This document shows, piece after piece, positions 31,077 through 40,919 of a DNA stretch of 64,000 nt. Under the pieces are notes generated by a model. The model worked only from the letters and a program-made list of their open reading frames with translations. It did no database searches and was not told the origin of the DNA. Position 1 is the first letter of the stretch. Every line of letters begins with the position of its first letter. The stretch covers positions 31,213 through 95,212 of IMG/VR virus record IMGVR_UViG_3300017716_002931; one strand, 5' to 3'. Position numbers and translations under genes: made by a program. This DNA is from a virus.

Positions 31077-31227
31077 ATAGTGACTTTGAGTTTATATTTA
31101 GAATACTCTTTGTCATTATACATAGACCGGCCAAACTCGTTTTCGATATTTTTACGCAAAGAATAGGTGTTGTATATAACAATATTATTTGTTTTACACA
31201 ACACCTTTTTCTTCGTATCTAAACAAG

Positions 31228-31638
31228 TTATGCGTTGACTGTCGAATGACTGGTCTCGACCGCCGGCATAGTTTCAACCGCCTCAGTGGTATCAACAGAG
31301 ATATTGGTGTCGGACACATTGGTATCGGATGCCTTGATATCCATGACTGGAACCACATTGATAATGGATTCATCAAGAAAAACTCCGGCGTTCTTGGCGG
31401 AGGTAATCGTCTCAGCGGAAACAGGAGCAGTAGAAAACACCAACTTGGGACGACCCTTTGAACCCTTTAGAGTTCCTAGAGTAGCGAGTGCCTTCTCCTT
31501 AAGGGCGTTACCAACTCGGACGCGAAGAGTAATCTTCACAAAATCAGAGTTATCGGCCAATAGGGAGTCCACGGTAAACCAACCCTTAGGCCAGTTGACG
31601 ACGAGGTTTGTCTTGTTCTTACGGTTTGTCTTTTTCAT
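31228..31638 (-). CDS. hypothetical basic protein, possible winged-helix DNA binder
   Basis: FTVDSL..ITLRVRV..KGRPKLVF; SD AAGGA; promoter TTGACA-N17-TAGAAT at 31712-31684. Confidence 0.65.
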   Translation of the reverse strand: MKKTNRKNKTNLVVNWPKGWFTVDSLLADNSDFVKITLRVRVGNALKEKALATLGTLKGSKGRPKLVFSTAPVSAETITSAKNAGVFLDESIINVVPVMDIKASDTNVSDTNISVDTTEAVETMPAVETSHSTVNA

Positions 31639-31712
31639 GTTTTATTCCTTTTATTTTATTGTTGTTAATTTACTCTCAAACTTATTCTATACTATTGTAC
31701 AAAGTATGTCAA

Positions 31713-33806
31713 CTAGATTTTGTTTTCTTTTTCAAGAAACATTTGATTCATGGTTCTGGCAATTCCAATAATATTGGTGACATCAACAAAAGATGCGTCC
31801 TGTCCATACATCGTCTTGAAACAACGTTCACTGGTTCCATTGAACACACCATATTGCTGAGACCCACGACTATATTCTCGAATGAAATACGCCAACACTT
31901 TATATCCCTTGCTTCGGATATTATTCACCTGACGACGAGTATGAAGACTGCCAGTATTTGAGTCGTATAAGAACGAAGACGCTCCGGAATGATAACAATA
32001 TGCTGGTTCTCCATCAGAGAAATTGAGGAAGTAATAATCCTCGTCATTAGATGACTCTCCAAGAGAATCCATGATTGCTTCATAACAAAGACCCTCAGGC
32101 GTGCTTCCCTCGGCTGATAGGTACGGAAACATTGTTCGAACCTTTGTGAATGAATCCTTAGCAGAGTCATACACAATCGCGACATATGGCAGATTGTTTG
32201 AACTGTTGTTTGAAGTGGACCGTAGACTCACAGATACCCTGAGATTGTTGATCATAGAGGCTGCCTTACAAATGGCGGTGACGACGGTAAGAGTGTTAAT
32301 CCACTTTTCACCGCACATACTAGAACTTGCGTCAACTGAAATGTGAATCACAGCAGACTTGAACTTATCAACATCCAAACGATAAAACACATTTTCGTTA
32401 TCGAAGCCAAGTTCAGAAAGAACTCGACGATCAATACGGCCAGTTGACTTTCTCATATATTTGGTAGTATTGATTTCACTACGAACCTTGAGTTTACGGC
32501 CAAGCACGGTTCCCAATTGAATTCCTCTATTTACGGCATTCAAATGTGCAGTCAATGGCATCTGTTTGCGATCCATTGCCTTACATGGAAATTGATTGGA
32601 AAACAACAGTTCTTTTGTAAGGTTCTTGACGAATACACAATCAACGCCAGTTGTAAGAGGAAGGCCATCGGAAATTACCGTCCCTACATTCACAATAGTA
32701 ACACCAGCGTTATCAAGCTGAGTCAAAGCGGTTCTTTGCTTTCCAGAGACCTTCTTCTTCTTAATTTGACCCGAGACAAAAACCTTCTGCTTCTTGAGTA
32801 CGCGATAAATATCCTCTCGTTTCTTTTTTGAAACGGTGCTATCAGCATTCTCGTCTCCTTCAGGTTCTTTGTCTTTCGGCTTTTCTACACTGGCATTTCC
32901 TCCACCAAGTATATCGTCCGCATCATCCGATTCGTCTTGTGTGTTTGTTTCGCCAGAGTCATCCGTATTATCTTTTTGAGAGACAATCGTGATGCCAGAG
33001 GAACCGGATGAAGATCCACTTTGATTGGACGACCCGGAAACCACACTATCATCATCTTCTTGATTGCCTACATGAGAGTAAACAATAGAAGCAACCTCAA
33101 CTGCAACCTCGTATCGATCATCAGTCTTTTTCAGCCGAGAGATATTCTTGATATCAATGAGTTTCGCGATGTCACGAAGACCAGGCAAAGCATCCAAATC
33201 AGTGGACTGATTGGTAAGATTGATGATTCGAGATTCGTATGCAGCAATCGTTGGTTTACGATACATGTCTGATTTCAGCATCAGAGATATTTTTTCACTG
33301 TGGAAATACTTTTCGTAGAGCGACTTGTAGTATCCACGATATCCCGGCGCCGTTGTGTACACGTAGTTGTCAATGAATCGGTCCTCAACATAGTTGAACA
33401 TGTTTTTGACAAACTCAGCCACCTCTAGTTTGGAAAATCCTTTGGGACCAGCAACATTATACATCTCCCGAGGAATGTTTTGCCATATTGTCTTCAACAC
33501 GTTAAAATCAGTTAAAACGACATGCGATCCTTCGTGAAGCGCCAATCCTACAGCGGGATCAAAATCCTTGTTTTCAACAATGTCAGATGAAAGAAAAACG
33601 GTGGACCCATCAGTCATGTTATCATTTGAATCATTGAACACCACAGGAATTGTCTTACCCGTCAAAATATTGACAAAGTTAGACACCGCTCTGCGTGCCA
33701 TACTCATTTTGACCAATTGTTGTGTGTCGTCCGAAGAGTCAAAATCGACTTCGAATTCGTCCAACCAAAAATCAGAGTGAGTGTTATGTGGGGTTTTTGA
33801 ACTCAT
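31713..33806 (-). CDS. vWA-domain protein with HExxH metallopeptidase-like N-terminus (CobT-like MoxR partner)
   Basis: LHEGSH, NYVED; acidic linker; VDASSSM, STP, FSDGEP MIDAS; start placed by the promoter. Confidence 0.85.
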   Translation of the reverse strand: MSSKTPHNTHSDFWLDEFEVDFDSSDDTQQLVKMSMARRAVSNFVNILTGKTIPVVFNDSNDNMTDGSTVFLSSDIVENKDFDPAVGLALHEGSHVVLTDFNVLKTIWQNIPREMYNVAGPKGFSKLEVAEFVKNMFNYVEDRFIDNYVYTTAPGYRGYYKSLYEKYFHSEKISLMLKSDMYRKPTIAAYESRIINLTNQSTDLDALPGLRDIAKLIDIKNISRLKKTDDRYEVAVEVASIVYSHVGNQEDDDSVVSGSSNQSGSSSGSSGITIVSQKDNTDDSGETNTQDESDDADDILGGGNASVEKPKDKEPEGDENADSTVSKKKREDIYRVLKKQKVFVSGQIKKKKVSGKQRTALTQLDNAGVTIVNVGTVISDGLPLTTGVDCVFVKNLTKELLFSNQFPCKAMDRKQMPLTAHLNAVNRGIQLGTVLGRKLKVRSEINTTKYMRKSTGRIDRRVLSELGFDNENVFYRLDVDKFKSAVIHISVDASSSMCGEKWINTLTVVTAICKAASMINNLRVSVSLRSTSNNSSNNLPYVAIVYDSAKDSFTKVRTMFPYLSAEGSTPEGLCYEAIMDSLGESSNDEDYYFLNFSDGEPAYCYHSGASSFLYDSNTGSLHTRRQVNNIRSKGYKVLAYFIREYSRGSQQYGVFNGTSERCFKTMYGQDASFVDVTNIIGIARTMNQMFLEKENKI

Positions 33807-33849
33807 GCTGTAAGAATACATTGATCCTATACAAAAGTCAACCTATTTT

Positions 33850-34791
33850 TTAAAAGGGAGGTTGTCCACTGTTGAGCGGATCGTTCATCAAAAGATCGGA
33901 CGTAGATTCAGAGGGAATATACTTCTGTACCACCTGTTTTACGTAGGTGCGTTCACTCTCCAATCCACCATCACTCGGAAACTCTGGATAAATGGCAACT
34001 TCAGCAATATCAGCCAAAGAAAAGCCATCATTGATCAGTTCGGTCATTTCGCCGACACTTCGAGTAGATAAAAAGTTGGTCAATTTTCCATCATCCAACC
34101 TAACCTGTAGACGCGTATGAGCAGCGATATCACAGATAGCCGATAGTGTGTTGAAATGAGTAGTATCAACATTGTACTTCTTGACCATGAGGTCGAATTC
34201 TTGTGGTTTGGTGAGGAAGTCCATTTCGATCTTCACAGGAAACCGATTCATAAGGGCAAGATCCATTACTCGGGTAGCGGTATATGCGTTACCAATGTTA
34301 GCAGTGGCAACAAAAGTTACACCTTTTGCAACGTTAACCACAGCAGAATCACGCTTTTCATCGAGTCGAATGTATCGTTGAAGAGGATCCAGAACCGTCA
34401 TGAGGATATTCCACGCGTCATGATGAGCACGGCTGATTTCATCAAGCAAAATGACACAGCCTGGCGTTTTGATGGCGTGAATAAACGTAGACTCATTGAA
34501 AACGGTGCCGGTTTCCTTGTCGAAGTGGGTGTTTCCAATCAAAGAACTACGGGCGTCTTGAGTAGATCCCATGTTGAAGTAAAAATACTCCTTCTTGAGG
34601 GATTCAGCAAGAGACTGAGCCACCAAGGTTTTTCCACATCCCGTAGGTCCAATCATAAGGATGTTTTTGCCGTACAGAGAAGATCGAACTAAATACTTCC
34701 ACTTCATGTCTGAAATGATCAAGTTGTTGGGTCTAAGGGACATAGAACTATCAAGGATAGTGGCGATAGATGATTTGTTTTTTGTACTCAT
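33850..34791 (-). CDS. MoxR/CobS-family AAA+ ATPase
   Basis: GPTGCGKT, LLDEISR, ATAN, DLALMNRF, STR. Confidence 0.92.
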   Translation of the reverse strand: MSTKNKSSIATILDSSMSLRPNNLIISDMKWKYLVRSSLYGKNILMIGPTGCGKTLVAQSLAESLKKEYFYFNMGSTQDARSSLIGNTHFDKETGTVFNESTFIHAIKTPGCVILLDEISRAHHDAWNILMTVLDPLQRYIRLDEKRDSAVVNVAKGVTFVATANIGNAYTATRVMDLALMNRFPVKIEMDFLTKPQEFDLMVKKYNVDTTHFNTLSAICDIAAHTRLQVRLDDGKLTNFLSTRSVGEMTELINDGFSLADIAEVAIYPEFPSDGGLESERTYVKQVVQKYIPSESTSDLLMNDPLNSGQPPF

Positions 34792-34829
34792 GTTGAACTT
34801 ACTATACCTCGGCGATAGATAAAGTCAAC

Positions 34830-34861
34830 AAAAAACCGTCAGTCTTTTGAACTGACGGTTT
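34830..34861 (-). terminator. rho-independent terminator
   Basis: aaaccgtcagt/actgacggttt stem followed by a T-run on the minus strand. Confidence 0.75.
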
Positions 34862-34884
34862 GTCCCACTATGTTCTCCTTGGCT

Positions 34885-35292
34885 TTATCTCCACCCACGA
34901 TGAAAATGGTGTGGATGATTGAAAAATACAGGTGATGGCTGATAATAAACCACGGGCGCTGGCTGATAATAAACCACGGGCGCTGGCTGATAATAAACCA
35001 CGGGCGCTGGCTGATAATAAACCACGGGAACCGGTTGCACATAAACCACCGTAGGCGGCGATGCAACCACTACAGGAACAGGTGTGACTACGGGTTGATA
35101 CACAACGACTGGCTGAGCATAAACAACCACTGGTTGAGGGGGAGTGACGATTCGGTCAATCACCCGGATTACAGCTACGCCTGTAAGAACTTTACCAACC
35201 GTTGCCCACTCTCTATCGCCAGCAAAGGTTGAAGATGTGAGAGTTAGAGCTGCCAACAACACTGGCACGAAATTTTTTCCATTAAACAACAT
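34885..35292 (-). CDS. secreted Pro/Val/Tyr-rich repeat protein (PXPV-like)
   Basis: Signal peptide ending TFA-G, DREWATVGKVLTGV, VVYYQPAP repeats; SD AAGGA. Confidence 0.75.
   Translation of the reverse strand: MLFNGKNFVPVLLAALTLTSSTFAGDREWATVGKVLTGVAVIRVIDRIVTPPQPVVVYAQPVVVYQPVVTPVPVVVASPPTVVYVQPVPVVYYQPAPVVYYQPAPVVYYQPAPVVYYQPSPVFFNHPHHFHRGWR
34937..35028. repeat. 24-bp tandem repeat x3.8 (coding)
   Basis: ggctgataataaaccacgggcgct units. Confidence 0.9.
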
Positions 35293-35344
35293 ATTTTTCC
35301 TTTCCCATTTAGACGATACCACATTGGTGTGTATTCAGTCAACC

Positions 35345-36031
35345 TTATTTGAACTTAACCGTCAACTCGTCATCTGATTGTTTAGGATACTTGTACTTTG
35401 CCTTTTCACCCTTGATAGAGTGATCAGATTGTCGCTGAACCTTTTTGAAGTTAACGTCTTGCATTGGTTGATCTGGCAAATCTTCGGTCTTCTCAACAGC
35501 ATCTTCTACCTTTGAGTCGGTTTCTTGAGGCCCGTCACCTTGATTTTTCTTCTTTTCCTTGTCCGCGCTGTTTTCGGCAGCCTTATTGTAAGCCTTACCT
35601 ACGTAATTTGCGTCTTCATTGCCAAGATACTGCTTCATGAACTCAACTACGTCTTCATATGAAAGTCCGATCTTCTTGGTTCTATCGGTGTTATCCTTGT
35701 ATGCAAGCACTTCAAAATTATTGTTCCAACGTGGACGAACAAAAACGTGATGTGGTTCACATCCGCACATTTCAAAATTTCCAGCGTCGTTCTTGGATAC
35801 ACCGTAACTCTTGTTGATCTTTTTGACCTCTTTGTCGAGTTCTTCGCAAATTTCAACGCATGTCTTCTCAAACTCCTTTTTGCGTTTTTCAAGTACCTCA
35901 GACACAACCTTCTTCAAGACGTTCTTGACCTTTTGACGTTCATCAAGACGGTTCTTTTGAGATTCAGCTCTTTCAGAGAGCACAGATTGAAGTTGTTCTT
36001 TAACCAATTTACGTAGATCGTCTATTTTCAT
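35345..36031 (-). CDS. hypothetical late/virion protein
   Basis: Start MKIDDLRKLVKEQLQSVLSE follows TATTTATA at 36040-36047. Confidence 0.7.
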   Translation of the reverse strand: MKIDDLRKLVKEQLQSVLSERAESQKNRLDERQKVKNVLKKVVSEVLEKRKKEFEKTCVEICEELDKEVKKINKSYGVSKNDAGNFEMCGCEPHHVFVRPRWNNNFEVLAYKDNTDRTKKIGLSYEDVVEFMKQYLGNEDANYVGKAYNKAAENSADKEKKKNQGDGPQETDSKVEDAVEKTEDLPDQPMQDVNFKKVQRQSDHSIKGEKAKYKYPKQSDDELTVKFK

Positions 36032-36069
36032 ATGATATCTATAAATATGCGGTCGTCCAATATAACGAC

Positions 36070-36102
36070 AAAAAAAGAACACCCAGTTAAGAGTGTTCTT
36101 TT
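36070..36102 (-). terminator. rho-independent terminator
   Basis: aaaagaacac/gtgttctttt stem with A/T runs. Confidence 0.65.
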
Positions 36103-36121
36103 CTATAAATTATTTGTTAGT

Positions 36122-36340
36122 TTACGTACTTGGAGTTCCGGTTGGCTTTGGGGTCGAAGTTGGCTTTGGGGTCGAAGTTGGCTTTGGCGTCGAAGTTGGC
36201 TTTGGGGTCGAAGTTGGCTTTGGCGTCGAAGTTGGCTTTGGGGTCGAAGTTGGCTTTGGCGTCGAAGTTGGGGTAACCGTTGGCTTTGGCGTTGAGGTTG
36301 GCTTTGAAGTTGAAGTTGGGGTAGGTGTTGGTGTAGGCAT
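36122..36340 (-). CDS. mucin-like Pro/Thr/Ser/Lys repeat peptide (72 aa)
   Basis: ATG start; the variable repeat base is a synonymous third position (ACC/ACG) in this frame but not in the overlapping same-strand frame; terminator downstream. Confidence 0.6.
   Translation of the reverse strand: MPTPTPTPTSTSKPTSTPKPTVTPTSTPKPTSTPKPTSTPKPTSTPKPTSTPKPTSTPKPTSTPKPTGTPST
36141..36320. repeat. 18-bp tandem repeat (PKPTST)
   Basis: ggctttgg(g/c)gtcgaagtt, about 7 near-perfect copies plus degenerate ones. Confidence 0.9.
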
Positions 36341-36383
36341 ATGTTTGTTTTACTTTCTGTGTTTCCACATATATAGTGTCAGA

Positions 36384-37166
36384 TCAAGAAAAAAACTCAT
36401 CATCTATTTTATTATTTTCTACGACGATTTCCTGAATATCATCAATGTATTGATTATCAACGGGATAATGTTGAAATGGATGTTTTATGGACGATAACAA
36501 TTTTTTATTCTCTATCTTCGTACCGATAAACTTGACGTATCTGTGTTTGGTTGACTCTTTCTTGTACCAAAACGTCTTGCCTATCGATTTTTTAAGGTGG
36601 TCTAGGTTCACACTGCCCCATCTATCAGATACGCTTCTTGAATGAATCCACTCATAGTTTGGTGGACCCACCAAGGACAAACTGTAATTTGGCATCAATT
36701 TGAAGCTACTGTTACCCTGATATCCAAATCCCAGAGCCTGATATATGGTTCCTTTATGGTTTTGTTCTCCGTCAGCATACGATATGATAGACTTGATTTG
36801 TGGAAAATCCTTGTTCAACATTCTAAATGACTCGGCTACACTGTAACTCTCAATGTTTTTCCCGTATCCATCTGCGATCCACAATCTCGTCAACTCAAAT
36901 ACTTTATCAATTGTAAGTTTGTCGGATATTGATGCTGCTGCACATCTTCCTACTGGTTGAGCATAACAAATACACCCAATCAGTTTTGAATCATATCCAC
37001 CAAAAAAGGTACTTTCACCATATTCTTTGTAATACACTCCATACGCAACTTGGCACAAAGTCCATTTATGTGTATAATGATTCTTGACAATCATTTCTTT
37101 TGCTGCCTTTTTGTTTAAAGGCAACAAATATACCAACGATGTATCACAATACTTTGTTTCTCTCAT
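36384..37166 (-). CDS. Mom-like DNA modification enzyme (GNAT fold)
   Basis: IVKNHYT, ELTRLW, IISYAD..QNHKGTIYQALGF.Y.G, KHRYV. Confidence 0.8.
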   Translation of the reverse strand: MRETKYCDTSLVYLLPLNKKAAKEMIVKNHYTHKWTLCQVAYGVYYKEYGESTFFGGYDSKLIGCICYAQPVGRCAAASISDKLTIDKVFELTRLWIADGYGKNIESYSVAESFRMLNKDFPQIKSIISYADGEQNHKGTIYQALGFGYQGNSSFKLMPNYSLSLVGPPNYEWIHSRSVSDRWGSVNLDHLKKSIGKTFWYKKESTKHRYVKFIGTKIENKKLLSSIKHPFQHYPVDNQYIDDIQEIVVENNKIDDEFFS

Positions 37167-37422
37167 ATAACTTGATATAGTACACCGTTAAAGTATTAAT
37201 GGTTATGGCGAGAATACTATTGACAATTGTCCATATGTTTCCCAGGTAATCGTAATAATAAAACAAAACCACAACCTGCCCCATATTGTTTATCAAATAT
37301 GATGGTATGCTTAAAGATTTACCGTCTTTGGTCTTTATTAATTTTATAAATTGAAAAACCGGCCCTATTGTAAATAGGGCCGTAAAGATAAATCCAAACA
37401 GATGTTTGTATGTAATATCCAC
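37144..37422 (-). CDS. SemiSWEET/PQ-loop-like membrane protein
   Basis: Three TM helices; PVFQFIKLIKTKDGKSLS, and N.L in TM3. Confidence 0.6.
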   Translation of the reverse strand: MDITYKHLFGFIFTALFTIGPVFQFIKLIKTKDGKSLSIPSYLINNMGQVVVLFYYYDYLGNIWTIVNSILAITINTLTVYYIKLYERNKVL

Positions 37423-37433
37423 AACTATAACAA

Positions 37434-38498
37434 CTATAGTTTGAATCCGTCGAATGCGCCTTCGCTTATCGTGTTATCAACTCCCTTTACGTAACTGCTT
37501 AGTTCAGTTTCTTGAGGAGCGACTTGTAATTTTTTACTATCATAATAACTATCCAACCATCCAGATAACGGATTTACCTTTGCGTCAGGATAAAGCTTCT
37601 TGTATCCCAAACTCGTCAATCGGTTGTTTGCCAACCACTCAATGTAGTTTTTAAGACTATCGGAAGTCAATCCAACGAGATTGCCTTTACTAAACAGATA
37701 ATCCGCCCAATCTTTTTCTGCTTCAACAGCGATTCTGTACGCCTCATATACCTTCTCTTCGTTTTTCTTGACAATCTCTTGAAACCCTTCCTCTGGATTG
37801 TTAATCCAATTCTTCATTATGTTTTGAGTTATAGCAACATGAAGATTTTCATCTCGACTAATGAACTTGATGATTTTGCTGTTGCCTTCCATCTTTCCAC
37901 GATATCCAAAATAGAAACTACAAGCAAATGAAACATAGAAAATAAGACCCTCGGTGATTTGAGTTGCCAAAACAGCATCAAACAACTGTTCTTTTGGATC
38001 TTTGTCGCCGCTATATCCAAGAAGTTTGTCATACTTTTCACTGATAGCCTTGGCTCTCTTGACAATCTCCTTATCCTCCAAAATGCTATTAAAGAACTTG
38101 GTTGCATCAGGATATACATTTTGAAGAATGTAGGTATAACTGTTGCTGTGAATGGTTTCAAAAAAGCTCCATGTATTCATACAGATCTCCAATTCTGGAT
38201 TGGTAACGTACTTCATTAGTTCATGGATACTACGGCTCAACATACTATCGACTGTAGTCTGAAACTTCAGATTACTATCAAATACAAACCTTTCTTCGTC
38301 TGATAGGTTCTTGTAGTCGCTGATGTCTTTTACTAAAGACACTTCCTGTGGTCTCCAGAAAAAATTCAATTGTTGATCATACAAATCATAAAACTTTTGA
38401 TACTTGATTTGATCGTATCTCTGTAGAGAAAGATCGTCTCCAAAAAACATTGGATTTCTTAACTGATCTATATTTGTTTTGTTTAATACTGTTTTCAT
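37434..38498 (-). CDS. nrdB: ribonucleotide reductase class Ia beta subunit
   Basis: FWRPQEV, ETIHSNSY, EGLIFYVSF, RDENLH, VAPQETE. Confidence 0.96.
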   Translation of the reverse strand: MKTVLNKTNIDQLRNPMFFGDDLSLQRYDQIKYQKFYDLYDQQLNFFWRPQEVSLVKDISDYKNLSDEERFVFDSNLKFQTTVDSMLSRSIHELMKYVTNPELEICMNTWSFFETIHSNSYTYILQNVYPDATKFFNSILEDKEIVKRAKAISEKYDKLLGYSGDKDPKEQLFDAVLATQITEGLIFYVSFACSFYFGYRGKMEGNSKIIKFISRDENLHVAITQNIMKNWINNPEEGFQEIVKKNEEKVYEAYRIAVEAEKDWADYLFSKGNLVGLTSDSLKNYIEWLANNRLTSLGYKKLYPDAKVNPLSGWLDSYYDSKKLQVAPQETELSSYVKGVDNTISEGAFDGFKL

Positions 38499-38511
38499 AT
38501 TATAGTCTTTC

Positions 38512-40806
38512 TTATAACGCACAAGCACCACTTGCACATCCGGTTTCTTCTATAACACGACTTGAACTTACATTTTTCGATGCATCATTATCCATAGCCG
38601 TCTGTTTATCACCATCATCGGTATTAGCATAATACAAATTCTTCAATCCGTATTTGTATGCCAATAGAATATCCTTAATCACGACTTCTACAGGAACTCT
38701 ATTCTTTTCGTATCGTGAAGGAATATAATAGGTGTTGACACTAATACTCATATCTGTGAACTTTTGAATTGCAGCTGCTACCTTTAAATATCCTTCATTA
38801 CTTGGCATATCAAAAGCAAAAGTATAATTTTCCTTGTACTTGTCAATTCCAGGCACCACCACCGGTAGAATATTTGACTTACTTCCTTTGAAACTAATCA
38901 AACTTCTAGGAGGTTCAATTCCGTTGGTACTACTTTGAATGACACTGCTTGACTCTACAGGCATACAAGCTGTCAATGTACTGTGTCTCATACCATATGT
39001 CAAGATATCTTTTCTAAGAGACTCCCAGTCCATATGAAGAGGTTCAGTAACAAATTCATCAACGTCTCGTTTGTATGTATCAATTGGAAGAATTCCCTGA
39101 CTGAACTTGGTTCTATCAAACTTCTCACACTTGCCTATTTCCTTTGCCATCTCCACACTTGCTTTTATCAAATAATAACTTGACTTTTCCATCCAAGCGG
39201 CGACGAAATTTGGTGCAGCAGGATCCCAATATTTCAGACCGTTCTTAGCAAGAAGAGCAGCGAGGTTTGAAACTCCAACTCCTAAACTACGACGTTTCTT
39301 GGCAAAGTTTTCAGCGGCTGGAACAAAGTAGTTTTGATGTTCAATTAGTGAATCCAACATTCTCACAATGATGTCACAGACGTTTTCCATTTCGTTGTCA
39401 TCCTTGATCTCCAACCAATTCAAGGCAGCCAAAATACATACTCCAATTTCTCCGTCTTTATCATTGACATCATAGATTGGAATCAATGGGTGGTTGACTT
39501 CAAGACAAAGATTGCTTGTATCGACCTGATCCAACCAACTACCGTGTTCATTTGCGTGATCGACAAACATCGTATAAATACGACCCGTCTCAAGTCGTTC
39601 CTTAGCAAGAAGTCCCATCAATTCACGAGCAGGAACCTTCTTCTTGAACTTGATGTTCTTATTAGCCTCAGCCGCTTCATACTTCTCCTTGAAACCCGGA
39701 AGACCAAAACTGTTCCACAGAGATATACACTCATGAGAACTGAACAGTGTTACATCTTTGTTTTGTAGGAACCGTTCAAAAATTAATTTGTCCATTCCAA
39801 TACAATAGTCCAACTTACGAACACGGTTGTCATCCGTTCCTGCGTTGTTCTTCAACACAAGAATGTCCATGATATCATAATGGAACCAAGCAAAGTTAAC
39901 GGTAGCACTTCCACCACGAATACCGTTTTGATGACAACTCTTAACGGTGGACTCAAACGCCTTACTAAAAGGAATTGGTCCCGTGTGAATTACTTCACCA
40001 TTACGAATTGGAGCGTTTGTAGCACGAAGACGACTCAAGTTCAGCCCGATACCATAACGACTTGCTGTAGCAAATCCAACCGCACTATTGTTAGAAAATA
40101 TACTACGAAGATCATCATCAACTGTGAACAAAGAACAACTAGCGTAACTCTTCATTACCGATCTAACTCCTGCCATAATTGGAGTAGGAAGATTGATTTT
40201 ATGTTTGCTAAAGTAGTTGTAAGCCTTCTTTACGTAATCAAGACGATTCTCCTTGTAGTCTTTGAAGAAGGTCATGGCAATCAACATGTAAGCAAACTGA
40301 GGCGTTTCATATAGTTCCTTGGTACTACGATTTTGAATCAGATACTTGTCACAAAGCTGTTTGATTCCTGCATAAGTGAAATCAAAGTCTCGGTCATGTT
40401 TGAGATATTCATCGATCTTATTGAAGTCGTTCTTTGTATACCACTCCAAAATTTCTCCGTCGTATACAAGAGCATCAATATTTTTCTTTACAAGATCATA
40501 TAGCTTTGGGGCGTTCTTTCCTCCCCATACCTTTTTTCTAAGTTGATAGTTCAACAATCGAGAGGCGACATATTGATAGTTTGGCTTATCCTCACTAATT
40601 AGATTTGAAGCTGCTTCAATAAGCATGCTGTGAATGTCATTTGAGGTCATTCCATCGAAGAATGACAGATGTGCATTCATTGCAACTTCTTCGAATCCAA
40701 CGCCCTTGATGTTTTCTGTTGCCCACTGAATGATTTTGTTGATTTTGTCCGCGTTAAACGTCTCAAGCTTTCCACTGCGCTTTTTGATAAAAATTTCTTT
40801 GGTCAT
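38512..40806 (-). CDS. nrdA: ribonucleotide reductase class Ia alpha subunit with ATP cone
   Basis: IKKRSG cone, PTPIMAG, SC, SNLCLE, MPVESSS, LYY, C-terminal CASGAC. Confidence 0.97.
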   Translation of the reverse strand: MTKEIFIKKRSGKLETFNADKINKIIQWATENIKGVGFEEVAMNAHLSFFDGMTSNDIHSMLIEAASNLISEDKPNYQYVASRLLNYQLRKKVWGGKNAPKLYDLVKKNIDALVYDGEILEWYTKNDFNKIDEYLKHDRDFDFTYAGIKQLCDKYLIQNRSTKELYETPQFAYMLIAMTFFKDYKENRLDYVKKAYNYFSKHKINLPTPIMAGVRSVMKSYASCSLFTVDDDLRSIFSNNSAVGFATASRYGIGLNLSRLRATNAPIRNGEVIHTGPIPFSKAFESTVKSCHQNGIRGGSATVNFAWFHYDIMDILVLKNNAGTDDNRVRKLDYCIGMDKLIFERFLQNKDVTLFSSHECISLWNSFGLPGFKEKYEAAEANKNIKFKKKVPARELMGLLAKERLETGRIYTMFVDHANEHGSWLDQVDTSNLCLEVNHPLIPIYDVNDKDGEIGVCILAALNWLEIKDDNEMENVCDIIVRMLDSLIEHQNYFVPAAENFAKKRRSLGVGVSNLAALLAKNGLKYWDPAAPNFVAAWMEKSSYYLIKASVEMAKEIGKCEKFDRTKFSQGILPIDTYKRDVDEFVTEPLHMDWESLRKDILTYGMRHSTLTACMPVESSSVIQSSTNGIEPPRSLISFKGSKSNILPVVVPGIDKYKENYTFAFDMPSNEGYLKVAAAIQKFTDMSISVNTYYIPSRYEKNRVPVEVVIKDILLAYKYGLKNLYYANTDDGDKQTAMDNDASKNVSSSRVIEETGCASGACAL

Positions 40807-40919
40807 AGACTGAAAATTGTGTGCATCATAAGTATTACTGTTATGTCAAGGTTTATAAAAAAAATGTTCTTAAATTTCACAAACCGATGACGCTTTTTAC
40901 TTCAATGTTGATATAGAGA

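Noticed and set aside
34937-36320. CRISPR array in the 24-bp and 18-bp repeats
   Set aside because: The repeats are head-to-tail with no unique spacers and have lengths divisible by three inside ORFs
36093-36497. Alternative ORFs over the 18-bp repeat (36117..36368 -, 36093..36497 +, 36032..36295 +)
   Set aside because: These frames are open only because of the repeat. The same-strand alternative makes the variable base non-synonymous, and the plus-strand frames oppose the local gene orientation and run through the terminator.
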